The position numbers were made by a program, and so were the translations under genes. Under the pieces are notes generated by a model. It worked only from the letters and a program-made list of their open reading frames with translations, was not told where the DNA came from and ran no database searches. From Candidatus Uhrbacteria bacterium CG10_big_fil_rev_8_21_14_0_10_48_16 (GTDB lineage: Bacteria; Patescibacteriota; Patescibacteriia; UBA9934; GWF2-40-263), in assembly GCA_002793515.1 (NCBI GenBank), contig PFEU01000018.1:32203-96202 (forward strand): a stretch of 64,000 nucleotides of DNA, written 5' to 3'. Shown in pieces: positions 40,498 through 49,788 of the stretch (position 1 is its first letter; each line of letters starts with the position of its first letter).

Positions 40498-40845
40498 CTA
40501 TTTTTTATCTGGTCGTTCTGCTCGCTTGTGCTTATCGGTTAATTTATCTTTATACCCTTTGAGTTGTCTTCGAATCTGATCCCGAGCCACTACAATGGCA
40601 TGATAGAGATCTTCTTCTTCGGTCGTCGCACGCAATTCACTCCCTGGGACATGTAATTGAAATTCCGCTTTATAGTAAGGTCCTTTCAAGTGATGTTTCG
40701 TGGATTTTCCTACTTCTACCCTTAATTCTGCTGTTGGTTCAAATCCCTTTGTGAGTCTCTCAAGCGCTTGTGATTGAGAGATCACACGAGATTTAATCGC
40801 ATCTGTAAGAGGGATGTTTGTGCCCTTGATTGAGATAATTCGCAT
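40498..40845 (-). CDS. hpf: Ribosome hibernation factor (HPF/RaiA)
   Basis: IKGTNIPLTDAIK, LRATTEEEDLYHAI. Confidence 0.9.
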   Translation of the reverse strand: MRIISIKGTNIPLTDAIKSRVISQSQALERLTKGFEPTAELRVEVGKSTKHHLKGPYYKAEFQLHVPGSELRATTEEEDLYHAIVVARDQIRRQLKGYKDKLTDKHKRAERPDKK

Positions 40846-40851
40846 AAGATC

Positions 40852-41814
40852 TTAAAAGCCTACATACATTATTTCCTCCTGTAATAGGATACCATATTCA
40901 TTCCGAGCACGCGTCTTAATGAGCGCTACGAGTTGCCCCACATCATCAGCGGTGGCTGAATCGACATTGAGCACAAAATTTCCATGAACCTCACTGACTT
41001 GGGCGCCTCCAATCTTCATTCCCTTGAGATCTAGTTGATCAATGAGCCAACCAGCAGAAAGATGCCGTTGCGACTGCATCTCTAAAGGTATATCGAGTTT
41101 ATCCTTAAGTCGTTGCAGTTCTTCGTCGCTTTGGATCTCATAATTTTTAAACATACATCCCGCTGAGCCCGCCCCAAGAGGTTGAGAAGTTTTTCGCTTC
41201 ATCAATTTGTCATCAATCTCCATTTTCAGTTCCGTCGCATCCCCTTCTTCAAGTTCAAATACGACGGAAAGCACAATGTCCTGTGAATGCTTAATCGCTG
41301 ACTCGCGGTATCCAAATTTCAAATCTTCTTTTTTCAACTCAATCACTTCTCCGTCACGAAGAACATCTACGCTCACCAGATAATCCTTCATCTCCCCGCC
41401 AAAGCACCCAGCATTCCCACGCACCCCTCCCCCGATGGTTCCCGGAAGGGTGATCGCCCAAGAGAGACCTTTGAGTCCCAGCATGGATGTTGCGCGTGCA
41501 AGAGCTGAAGCAAGTACCCCTGCGTCTGATCGTACACGCGTTCCTTGAATTTCATACGTCCGCATGGCCATTTTAATCATGATGCCATCAAACCCTTTAT
41601 CTGACACAAGGATGTTTGATCCTCCGCCAAACACAAACGTTTGCACGTGTTCTCTTTTTGCGAGTTCAAGGACGCTCTTGATCTCTTCGATGGAACGGAC
41701 CTCGACAAACCATTTCGCAGGGCCTCCAATACGAAAATTCGTATGCTTCCCCATGGGTTCTTGTTCCGTAACGCGCGCCCCAACAATTTCTTGAAGTTGT
41801 TCTGTGATCGTCAT
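40852..41814 (-). CDS. murB: UDP-N-acetylmuramate dehydrogenase
   Basis: HTNFRIGGPA, GGGSNILVSD, PGTIGG..NAG, FGYRES, HGNF. Confidence 0.97.
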   Translation of the reverse strand: MTITEQLQEIVGARVTEQEPMGKHTNFRIGGPAKWFVEVRSIEEIKSVLELAKREHVQTFVFGGGSNILVSDKGFDGIMIKMAMRTYEIQGTRVRSDAGVLASALARATSMLGLKGLSWAITLPGTIGGGVRGNAGCFGGEMKDYLVSVDVLRDGEVIELKKEDLKFGYRESAIKHSQDIVLSVVFELEEGDATELKMEIDDKLMKRKTSQPLGAGSAGCMFKNYEIQSDEELQRLKDKLDIPLEMQSQRHLSAGWLIDQLDLKGMKIGGAQVSEVHGNFVLNVDSATADDVGQLVALIKTRARNEYGILLQEEIMYVGF

Positions 41815-43181
41815 ACAAGTTTTCGAGCCAGGGTATCGATGTCTCCTGCCCCCATGATCAGTAACACATCCCCTGGTTTTACAAGGTCACGAAGCATGTT
41901 TTCTGCTTCGTGAAAGTCTTTTGCAAAAAGAGCTTTTTTCCCAGAATCTTTTGCTTGAATCGCCTTTACAAGATCTTGTGAACTCACCTCATGATCCTCA
42001 TTGCGTCCAGCCACATCATAAATCTCGTGTACGATCAGTACATCTGCAAGAGGAAGGGCTTCAACGAACTCAGAAAATAATTTCTTGGTGCGATCATGTT
42101 GATGCGGTTGGTAACAAAGCACTACGCGACGCCCAGGAAAAAATTCACGGACAGCCTGAACCGTTTGAGCAATCGCACTTGGATGATGTCCGTAATCTGA
42201 AATGACATCCACTTCTTTCCACACGCCGACTCGCTCAAACCGGCGCCAGATTCCAGAAAAGGTTTGAAGAGCTTGACGACACGTCTCGAAAGGGACTCCG
42301 AGTTCCATGGCCGCACTTGTTGCTGCCAACGCATTCATCACATTGAACTCCCCTGGAATGCGCAACGCCAATTCACCCATACGCACATCCGAGACTTCTT
42401 TTCGATACACAGACACCCGTTGCACTCCCGCTTCTGTCACTCGATCACGTCCGGAATAGTCTGTGTCGATCCCCATGCCAAATCCAATTCCACGCTTCAA
42501 CTCGATCGCCTTTGTTCCAGCATCCATGGCGTTATAGATTGTCATGCCATTTCCCTGAAGTTTGTTTACGAACGTCTGGAATGTCTCTTGAATGTGTTCA
42601 AGATCGCGATAATAATCGAGGTGATCTTCCTCAATATTTGTCAGGACAATCATTTCCGGTTCTAGGTGCATCATGTTTGCTCGATACTCGCACCCTTCCA
42701 CCACAAAGAAACGCCCTTTTCCAAAACGGATATTCCCTTCTTCAAAACCTGGCACGAGTGAACCCACCAATACCGTCGGATCATATCCGGCTTCAACCAA
42801 CATGAGCCCGAGCATTGCTGTTGTCGTACTTTTCCCATTCGTTCCTGTCACCACAATCGTGGAGAACGATTTCGAAATTTCTCCAAGCACCTCAAAATTG
42901 AGTCGATCTGGAATACCTCGATCTCGAGCAAGCGAGCGTTCGACATTTGTTTCTGGAACAGCCGAAGAGTAAATAAGCAGATCCACATCTTCTGAGAGAT
43001 TCGAATCCGCATGACCAGAGAAAATTTTTGCTCCCCGAACCTCAAGATCGTGCGTCATGGCAGTTAATTCGATATCCGAACCACTTATGCGAACGCCTTC
43101 ATGAAGAAACCATTTTGCCAGGGCAGACATCCCAATGCCTCCAATTCCCACAAAATGAACGTGTTTATACGATTGAAACAT
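41811..43181 (-). CDS. murC: UDP-N-acetylmuramate--L-alanine ligase
   Basis: HFVGIGGIGMSALA, GTNGKSTTT, DHLDYY, DYGHHP, MGAGDI. Confidence 0.97.
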   Translation of the reverse strand: MFQSYKHVHFVGIGGIGMSALAKWFLHEGVRISGSDIELTAMTHDLEVRGAKIFSGHADSNLSEDVDLLIYSSAVPETNVERSLARDRGIPDRLNFEVLGEISKSFSTIVVTGTNGKSTTTAMLGLMLVEAGYDPTVLVGSLVPGFEEGNIRFGKGRFFVVEGCEYRANMMHLEPEMIVLTNIEEDHLDYYRDLEHIQETFQTFVNKLQGNGMTIYNAMDAGTKAIELKRGIGFGMGIDTDYSGRDRVTEAGVQRVSVYRKEVSDVRMGELALRIPGEFNVMNALAATSAAMELGVPFETCRQALQTFSGIWRRFERVGVWKEVDVISDYGHHPSAIAQTVQAVREFFPGRRVVLCYQPHQHDRTKKLFSEFVEALPLADVLIVHEIYDVAGRNEDHEVSSQDLVKAIQAKDSGKKALFAKDFHEAENMLRDLVKPGDVLLIMGAGDIDTLARKLV

Positions 43182-43259
43182 ACAAGAACAGTCTATCATA
43201 TCGATCCTGCGTAAACGATATAGACTCCATACAAAAGAAAAAGCGCCGACCAAAGAGGT

Positions 43260-44534
43260 CTAGCGCAGGATGGGGTGTATGCCGTGGGTGTTCACCGTGC
43301 GTGATACCCAGGTCAGGATCTGTTCGTCATGGACCGTGGTCCACACGACTCCTCCGTCGGAATCCATGTGGAGGTTCCAGGCAAGGGGAACTGCCGTCCC
43401 TCGATGCCCGCGGAAGTGTGGGACGTCGTAGATACCTTCGTGTTGGATGTGGGCTTGGATGCGACCATCGTTGCCGAGAAGGACCTCACGGACCTCCGTT
43501 CCAGCCGTTGGTGTCCAGTCGACGTTTGAGCCGACGAATCGACTCGTCGCGAAGCGTCTGCGAGCAGGATCCTGGATGATTCCTGCGACGACAGACAGTT
43601 CGTCTGGTGACCAAGCGACGGTTGCGGGGTCCAGGGTGAAGGACCCTTCGTGGATGACTTCCCCGGTACTGAGCGTCAGTCGACGCACATCCGGAGATGC
43701 TCCGCGGGGATGCGTGAGCATCAGGAGCGTTCCCCCCTTGGGAGAGGACCACACGCCGTGGAACTCCCCATCGATTGAAATCCGTTCAGGCTCTTCGCCG
43801 AACGCTCGACGGTTGAGCTCGACGAGCCAGGACTGCGTCCCGCGGTTGACCGCGAGCATCAGTCGGCCCTGCCAACGGACGAGCCCTGCTGAACGCTGAG
43901 CGTCCCCAGGGTTGACCTGAAGGAAGGAGGTGGCTCCGTGCTCCGTAGCCTGGTAGGCGTAGAGAAGCCCACCGAATGACTCAAGCACACACAGCGTGTC
44001 TTCTTCGCAGACGCGCACGGTTGCCCAAGCATCGACCGGCCAAAGTCCCCACGAGGTGAGGTACAGCTTCTGACCGGGATGCTGTGCAGACGTTCCGACA
44101 GGAACGCGGTTGGGCCGTGGGCCCACAGCGAATTCCAGTCGATCGAGTCGGTGAAGGAACTGACTTGCGTCTTGCGTGAGACGCCAGACTCCCGGCGGAT
44201 GACCTTCCACCCTTCCCCAGACGAGGAGGTCTTCACTCCCCACCCTGAGGATCCGTGTCCCACTTGCTCCCGGCCCGAAGGGACTAAGGAATGCGGGACC
44301 CACCGGACCGAAGGTGGAGTGATAGACGCGCTCGCCAGCAGGATAGGTGCGAATGACTTGTCCGATGAAGAGACCACAGGAACTTGCAACGAGCTGATCC
44401 CCGGAGATCAGCTGAAGAATTCTCAGCGGGGTAGCGGTCTCTGGGATATCGCCGACGCGGATCATCTCCCCCGTGAAGTCGGGGGTGTTCATCCGTACGA
44501 CGTGACTCCGGGGAGGAATCGTGGATTGATGCAC
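43260..44534 (-). CDS. GC-rich orphan, probable beta-propeller (module C)
   Basis: GTG 44534 after SD GGAGGT; PD40/TolB-like 'VWSSPKGG' and 'VAWSPDE'; beta-rich. Confidence 0.7.
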   Translation of the reverse strand: MHQSTIPPRSHVVRMNTPDFTGEMIRVGDIPETATPLRILQLISGDQLVASSCGLFIGQVIRTYPAGERVYHSTFGPVGPAFLSPFGPGASGTRILRVGSEDLLVWGRVEGHPPGVWRLTQDASQFLHRLDRLEFAVGPRPNRVPVGTSAQHPGQKLYLTSWGLWPVDAWATVRVCEEDTLCVLESFGGLLYAYQATEHGATSFLQVNPGDAQRSAGLVRWQGRLMLAVNRGTQSWLVELNRRAFGEEPERISIDGEFHGVWSSPKGGTLLMLTHPRGASPDVRRLTLSTGEVIHEGSFTLDPATVAWSPDELSVVAGIIQDPARRRFATSRFVGSNVDWTPTAGTEVREVLLGNDGRIQAHIQHEGIYDVPHFRGHRGTAVPLAWNLHMDSDGGVVWTTVHDEQILTWVSRTVNTHGIHPILR

Positions 44535-44579
44535 GGGAACCTCCATTCTCAGTGGCACACAAGATCGTGTGGTCATCTA

Positions 44580-44608
44580 AACCTAGCGATTTTCTGCCCC
44601 GTTGTCAA
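44580..44608 (-). promoter_or_regulatory. Sigma70-type promoter of module C
   Basis: TTGACA (44603-08), N17, TAGGTT (44580-85). Confidence 0.7.
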
Positions 44609-44736
44609 TGCTCAGAGCACGACGTAGAATAGAGAATACACGGTAGGGATAAACCTCCAACTGACACCAAAACCTATGTTGTAATAAGAAAGACATGAAA
44701 ACGGACTTAATCCATGTCTTTTTATGTACAACACCT

Positions 44737-45978
44737 ATGAACATCTCTACCTTTGATCCAGATCTCTCTACCGCCCTCAACAAAGAACTTGCTCGCCAAC
44801 AAGAAGGCCTCGAAATGATTCCTTCTGAAAACTTCGTTTCCCCAGCCGTTCTTGAGGCACTGGGATCGATCGCCACAAATAAGTATTCTGAGGGGTACCC
44901 AGGAAAGCGCTATTACGGAGGCTGTCAAGAAATCGACGTCATCGAACAACTGGCGATCGATCGTGCAAAAAAACTTTTTAATGCAGAGCACGTAAATGTT
45001 CAACCCCTTTCTGGGGCTCCAGCGAACCTTGCGGCGTATGTCGCTCTTGTCCCTCCCGGTGGAACGATTCTTGGAATGGACCTCTCACATGGAGGACATC
45101 TCACCCATGGACATCCGGTCACTCACATCGCAAAAGTCTGGAACTTCATTCGCTATAAAACCACACCTGAAGGGCTTATCGATTACGACGAAATCGAGCG
45201 CATGGCGCGCGAACATAAGCCAAATTTGATCCTTGTTGGATATTCTGGATACTCCCGTGAAATCGATTACGCACGCATCAAACGCATTGCCGATGAGGTC
45301 GGATCGCTCACCATGGCGGACATGGCCCACATCGCTGGGCTTATTGCTGCAGGAGAAATGAATAATCCTGTTCCAATTTTTGACGTTGTTACGACGACAA
45401 CACATAAAACCTTGAGAGGACCACGAGGAGGAATGATTCTCTGTAAAAAAATCCATAAAAAAGCCATCGACAAAGCCGTCTTCCCAGGACTTCAAGGGGG
45501 GCCTCATGAGAACGTCATTGCAGCGAAGGCCATTGCGTTTAAAGAAGCGATGCTTCCAGAGTTTAAAACATACGCTCAACAAATTAAGAAGAACGCAAAA
45601 GTGCTCGAGGGAGTTTTTCAGTCACGCGGATACAATCTCATGTTTGGCGGAACGGATAATCACCTCCTTCTGGTTGATGTGACCCCGAAAGGCGTGACTG
45701 GTCAACAAGCTGAAATTGCGCTCGATAAGGCTGGAATCACCGTCAATAAAAACATGATTCCAGATGACCCTCGATCCCCAATGGATCCATCAGGAATCCG
45801 ACTTGGAACTCCCGCTGTGACCACACGGGGAATGAAGGAGGAGGAGATGAAGCAGATCGGTGTCTGGATGGACGAGGCGATAACGATGTGGCAAGACGAT
45901 GCAAAACTCGAAACCATCCGCCAGGAAGTAAAAACCATGACCAACCGTTTTCCGCTTTATCCAGACTTGACGTACTAA
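44737..45978 (+). CDS. glyA: Serine hydroxymethyltransferase
   Basis: IPSENF, NKYSEGYPGKRYYGG, GGHLTHG, TTTTHKTLRGPRGG. Confidence 0.99.
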   Translation: MNISTFDPDLSTALNKELARQQEGLEMIPSENFVSPAVLEALGSIATNKYSEGYPGKRYYGGCQEIDVIEQLAIDRAKKLFNAEHVNVQPLSGAPANLAAYVALVPPGGTILGMDLSHGGHLTHGHPVTHIAKVWNFIRYKTTPEGLIDYDEIERMAREHKPNLILVGYSGYSREIDYARIKRIADEVGSLTMADMAHIAGLIAAGEMNNPVPIFDVVTTTTHKTLRGPRGGMILCKKIHKKAIDKAVFPGLQGGPHENVIAAKAIAFKEAMLPEFKTYAQQIKKNAKVLEGVFQSRGYNLMFGGTDNHLLLVDVTPKGVTGQQAEIALDKAGITVNKNMIPDDPRSPMDPSGIRLGTPAVTTRGMKEEEMKQIGVWMDEAITMWQDDAKLETIRQEVKTMTNRFPLYPDLTY

Positions 45979-45994
45979 ACACAAACACCCCTCA

Positions 45995-46122
45995 GGGCTG
46001 TCTCAAAACTCGCGATCTCGACTTTCACGGGCGCCCGTCGACCCCACTCTCCCTACGTTTAGTAGGGTTCGTGGGGATCGACAGCCCGTTCAAGCCGATC
46101 TCATCGAGTTTTGAGACAGCCC
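45995..46122. mobile_element. 128-bp MITE-like palindromic element inserted in a terminator loop
   Basis: Perfect 18-bp TIRs GGGCTGTCTCAAAACTCG (45995-46012 and 46105-46122), flanking direct repeat CCTCA (45990-94 and 46123-27), nested internal inverted repeats. Confidence 0.85.
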
Positions 46123-46141
46123 CCTCACGGGGTGTTTTTTG

Positions 46142-46738
46142 TTACAACGATTTTATAAACGCTTTCAGTTTCTCAAATGCTCGACCGCGGTGACTGAGAC
46201 GATTTTTTTCTTCGTCTGTCATTTGAGCAAATGTCTGATCAAATCCAGATGGTTGAAAGATGACGTCGTAAGGAAGTTTTGAACGAGGCGTTCCTCGTGG
46301 CTCAACAATCACCTCTCCCTCCACCAATCCTTCAAACGTCCATGATTCATGTTGGGGAGATACGAGCGCGGCCACCGAATGAAATGTCGCTCCACGCTTT
46401 CCCTCTTCCACACCCCTCAGTTGCTCAAGGGTGTGCTTGATCAGTTGTTCATCACTCGCCCCTTCTCCTGCCCAACGCGCGGTATAGACTCCCGGTCGGC
46501 CATCAAGCGCATCAATCGTGATGCCTGAATCATCCGCCACTGCCCACTCTCCCGTTTGCTGAGTCACAAACTGCGCCTTCTTAAGCGCGTTCTCGACAAA
46601 GGTTGTTCCATCCTCCACAACATCATCCATGACCCCTACTTCCTCTGCACTCAAAACCTCAACTCCTGCATCCGCAAAAAGCTGTTGAAGCTCTTTTATC
46701 TTCCCCACATTATGAGTCGCAAATATCAATCGTTTCAT
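46142..46738 (-). CDS. rdgB: Non-canonical purine NTP pyrophosphatase
   Basis: ATHNVGK, ENALKKA, ADDSG, PGVYTAR, YDVIF, SHRGRA. Confidence 0.95.
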   Translation of the reverse strand: MKRLIFATHNVGKIKELQQLFADAGVEVLSAEEVGVMDDVVEDGTTFVENALKKAQFVTQQTGEWAVADDSGITIDALDGRPGVYTARWAGEGASDEQLIKHTLEQLRGVEEGKRGATFHSVAALVSPQHESWTFEGLVEGEVIVEPRGTPRSKLPYDVIFQPSGFDQTFAQMTDEEKNRLSHRGRAFEKLKAFIKSL

Positions 46739-46782
46739 ATTGAAAAATAGTATAACAAATGCTACTCTTCTCGTCGTTAACT

Positions 46783-47619
46783 ATGGCAAAACTCCTTGAT
46801 GGAAAAGCGCTTGGTCTTCGTATTCGCGAAAAGATCAAGTCCCGTATTGAAACGCTCCCAAGTCAACCTGGCTTAGGAGTGATTTTAGTTGGAAACGATC
46901 CGGCCTCGCACTTGTATGTGAGTCTCAAACAACGTGCATGTGAAGAAGCGGGCATTCATTTTGAAGTCTTCCTCTATCCGTCTAGCACACTTGAAGAAGA
47001 TTTGATTGAAAAAGTTCATGAGCTTAACGCTCGAACAGACATCAACGGTATTTTGGTACAACTCCCCCTTCCTTCGCAAAGCGCAGACCGTGTCATTGCC
47101 GTCATCGATCCTCTCAAAGATGTTGATGGATTTCATCCAAAAAATCTTGAACGTCTACGTCGAGGAGAACCCTGCATCGCTTCCGCTGTTGCCCTCGGTG
47201 TCATGCGTCTTATCCGCGAAGCGGTGGGCGAAGGAGCTCTCCCTCCAAACGCGCTGATTGTTTCCTCTCCTCTTTTTGCCGAGCCCCTCAAACTTCTTCT
47301 TCAAGAGGGAGGCGTTGCGACAGACGTGACCCCAGCCGAAGACTCAGAGCTCGCAAGCAAAACACGATCGGCGGATATTCTGATTGTCGCAGAAGGAATG
47401 CCAAAATTGATTACCGGCGACATGGTTAAACCCGGGGCGATTATGATTGATGTTGGAACCACTCGCATAGATGAAGGTTTGGTTGGAGATATAGACTTTG
47501 ATTCCGTCGAACCCATCGTGAGCGCCATCACTCCTGTCCCTGGAGGCGTTGGTCCCATGACCGTCGCTATGCTCCTCGTGAATATTCTCAAAGCCTACAC
47601 ACTCCAACAACAGGATTGA
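46783..47619 (+). CDS. folD: Methylenetetrahydrofolate dehydrogenase/cyclohydrolase
   Basis: GILVQLPLP, KDVDGFHP, ITPVPGGVGPMTVAML. Confidence 0.97.
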   Translation: MAKLLDGKALGLRIREKIKSRIETLPSQPGLGVILVGNDPASHLYVSLKQRACEEAGIHFEVFLYPSSTLEEDLIEKVHELNARTDINGILVQLPLPSQSADRVIAVIDPLKDVDGFHPKNLERLRRGEPCIASAVALGVMRLIREAVGEGALPPNALIVSSPLFAEPLKLLLQEGGVATDVTPAEDSELASKTRSADILIVAEGMPKLITGDMVKPGAIMIDVGTTRIDEGLVGDIDFDSVEPIVSAITPVPGGVGPMTVAMLLVNILKAYTLQQQD

Positions 47620-47644
47620 CGACTTAGTGTTTTCTGTGTAGGTT
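47616..47644 (+). promoter_or_regulatory. Sigma70-type promoter of module D; the -35 box overlaps the folD stop codon
   Basis: TTGACG (47616-21, contains the folD TGA), N17, TAGGTT (47639-44). Confidence 0.7.
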
Positions 47645-47696
47645 TGCTTGTTCGTGAGACTCCCTCGCGACCTGACCAACCCCCATGGAGGACACC

Positions 47697-48038
47697 GTGC
47701 TCATTCTTCACTCTCCTGGTAAGGCACAGCGCCGATTCCGGACGACCATTCTCGATGGCGATCGCTCGCTCGGGCTCTTCTTGAAGGAAGAGGGACGTCT
47801 CCAGGGCTTCCTGGAGATCAACGCTTCCACTCCCGTGAGCGCCCTCGCCCATCTGGTGCGACGGTGGGCAAAGGCCCATGACATCAGTCGGTGGTTCACC
47901 ACCAAGATGATCACCATGGTCGAGGAGGAATTCGAGACGCTGACCGAACTCCAGAAGCACGGCCCCGACATCAGCCTCGGCTGGTTCGGAAGCGACACCG
48001 ATCGCAGGCCCCCCGAGATCTACGAGACCATCCACTAG
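47697..48038 (+). CDS. GC-rich orphan protein, about 113 aa (module D)
   Basis: SD GGAGG 47687-91 before GTG 47697 (alternative ATG 47685); own promoter and terminator. Confidence 0.65.
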   Translation: MLILHSPGKAQRRFRTTILDGDRSLGLFLKEEGRLQGFLEINASTPVSALAHLVRRWAKAHDISRWFTTKMITMVEEEFETLTELQKHGPDISLGWFGSDTDRRPPEIYETIH

Positions 48039-48085
48039 CGACCACGTCGCTCCACGCATACCGACGAACCACTCGTCGGCTCTCC

Positions 48086-48150
48086 CCCCACCTTCTCGGT
48101 GGGTTTTACTTTATTTGCGAATCAAAAAACAGCCCTTTCGAGCTGTTTTT
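48086..48150. terminator. Terminators between module D and the convergent gene
   Basis: CCCACC/GGTGGG plus TTTT; AAAAACAGC/GCTGTTTTT. Confidence 0.7.
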
Positions 48151-48154
48151 GTAT

Positions 48155-48550
48155 TTAGACGGTTGTGGGAGAGCGATGCGCCGCAAGACCTCCTACAAGA
48201 ATCGCGACGAGATTGATCCAGTTTACATTGATGGTATTGAGATTCAGAATGCTTTGCCACGTTGCTCCATACACAGGTCCCACCAGAAGCACCGAGAAAA
48301 AGAACATCAGAATCATCCATCCAAATGCGGTGACGAACCGAGCCGTCCAATCATTTCGTGCCTTTCGAAAATAAAGATAACTCACCAGCAATGCCCACAG
48401 AGGGGTAAACACATTCCCTGCGATAAAAAGAAGTGGATGCGTTGTCACTTGATAGACCGTGACGAGGATGAGTGAACCGGGATACCAAACAATAAAGAAC
48501 AGCGCAAAAAACCCGACCCAGCGTTTGTTTAGAATTGATCGTACCTCCAT
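48155..48550 (-). CDS. Small 4-TM membrane protein
   Basis: Four hydrophobic segments; continues the permease operon. Confidence 0.7.
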   Translation of the reverse strand: MEVRSILNKRWVGFFALFFIVWYPGSLILVTVYQVTTHPLLFIAGNVFTPLWALLVSYLYFRKARNDWTARFVTAFGWMILMFFFSVLLVGPVYGATWQSILNLNTINVNWINLVAILVGGLAAHRSPTTV

Positions 48551-48556
48551 AGGATT

Positions 48557-49708
48557 CTATCTTATCAAAGTTGTGAAAACCTCCAAAATAATTCCTCCAC
48601 TGAATACCGTAATAATAATCCAAGTGAGCGGAGCGGGAAAGTTAATACAGTGGTGTTCTCTGCAGAGTCCCTTGCGACGAAGCGACCAGTAGGTCAGGGC
48701 CACCAAAATTCCGAGGAACCCTCCAAAGACTCCTCCAACAAATCCAATAATATGAATGAACTCGCGCATCCCAAGGGCGAACAGTAGAATTGGAACGGCG
48801 CTTACCAATAACCAGGAAAGTCGGTGCTTGAGATGAAAATCAAATTTAAAGGTATTCAGGAGTTCAATTCCTAGAACCATGTAAATCGAAAGGATGGTCA
48901 GTGTTCCCAATACCGTCGCTACCACAAGAAACGTTTCTCCTAGATACGGGACAAGACCGTCAAACGCGGAACTCGTCGTTTCACTTCCTGTTACTCCGAC
49001 AACCGCAAACGCAAACAAGGCGTAGAGCGATAAAACAATCGTCATCGCAACGATAATCACGGATGCAAGTTGGCGTTTGTGTTTTTTCCCAAGAACATCT
49101 TTGAGTTCCGGGACAATCCCCATCCCTGCCAGTGAGAACAAAATCACTCCGTACGGAGTAAACGCCTGGGAAACATTGAGTGTGGTGTAATGCGCAAAAG
49201 AAATTTCAGGAATGCTTGCAAGAACAATAAAGGTAAAAAGAAAGAGGAGGGCGAGAACAACAAGATATTCAATCTTAGACGCGAACGTTAATCCTCCATA
49301 AATCAAGAGCGTTCCAATCCCCGCCACAACATACGAATAGACCGCGACCTCTCCTCCAAGCACCGGAGACAACAACAAGTGGAGGAAGGTTCCCCCAACG
49401 ACCATGTAGGCCAACATCGCCCCCCAGATTCCTAGTCCAAGTGCGGTAAGCGTAATCCATTTCCACAAGGGACCAACATACATCTCCACATACGCGACAA
49501 GTCTGTGGTGACCTGGAGTTTGTACAACAACCTCTCCCAACATGAGCTGAAGCGTCACCAAAATTCCTCCAATAAAAAGAAGCTCTAGGAGCCCCAATCC
49601 GAAACCACTTTGGGCAAACGCATACGGCAACCCAAAAACACCGACACCGATAATGGCGCCGATCATCATTCCGACAGAACGTAGAAATGGACGATTTGGA
49701 TGAATCAT
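48557..49708 (-). CDS. Aromatic amino acid permease family (Mtr/TnaB-like)
   Basis: IGAIIGVGVFGLPY, PYGVILFS..G..VPE; about 11 TMs. Confidence 0.88.
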   Translation of the reverse strand: MIHPNRPFLRSVGMMIGAIIGVGVFGLPYAFAQSGFGLGLLELLFIGGILVTLQLMLGEVVVQTPGHHRLVAYVEMYVGPLWKWITLTALGLGIWGAMLAYMVVGGTFLHLLLSPVLGGEVAVYSYVVAGIGTLLIYGGLTFASKIEYLVVLALLFLFTFIVLASIPEISFAHYTTLNVSQAFTPYGVILFSLAGMGIVPELKDVLGKKHKRQLASVIIVAMTIVLSLYALFAFAVVGVTGSETTSSAFDGLVPYLGETFLVVATVLGTLTILSIYMVLGIELLNTFKFDFHLKHRLSWLLVSAVPILLFALGMREFIHIIGFVGGVFGGFLGILVALTYWSLRRKGLCREHHCINFPAPLTWIIITVFSGGIILEVFTTLIR

Positions 49709-49788
49709 GAAGAATCCACAGGTTACTGACAAATTATAACATGGATCCGCTTGCGCTGACTGCTTCTCATGCTACTATGCCCTCATCT

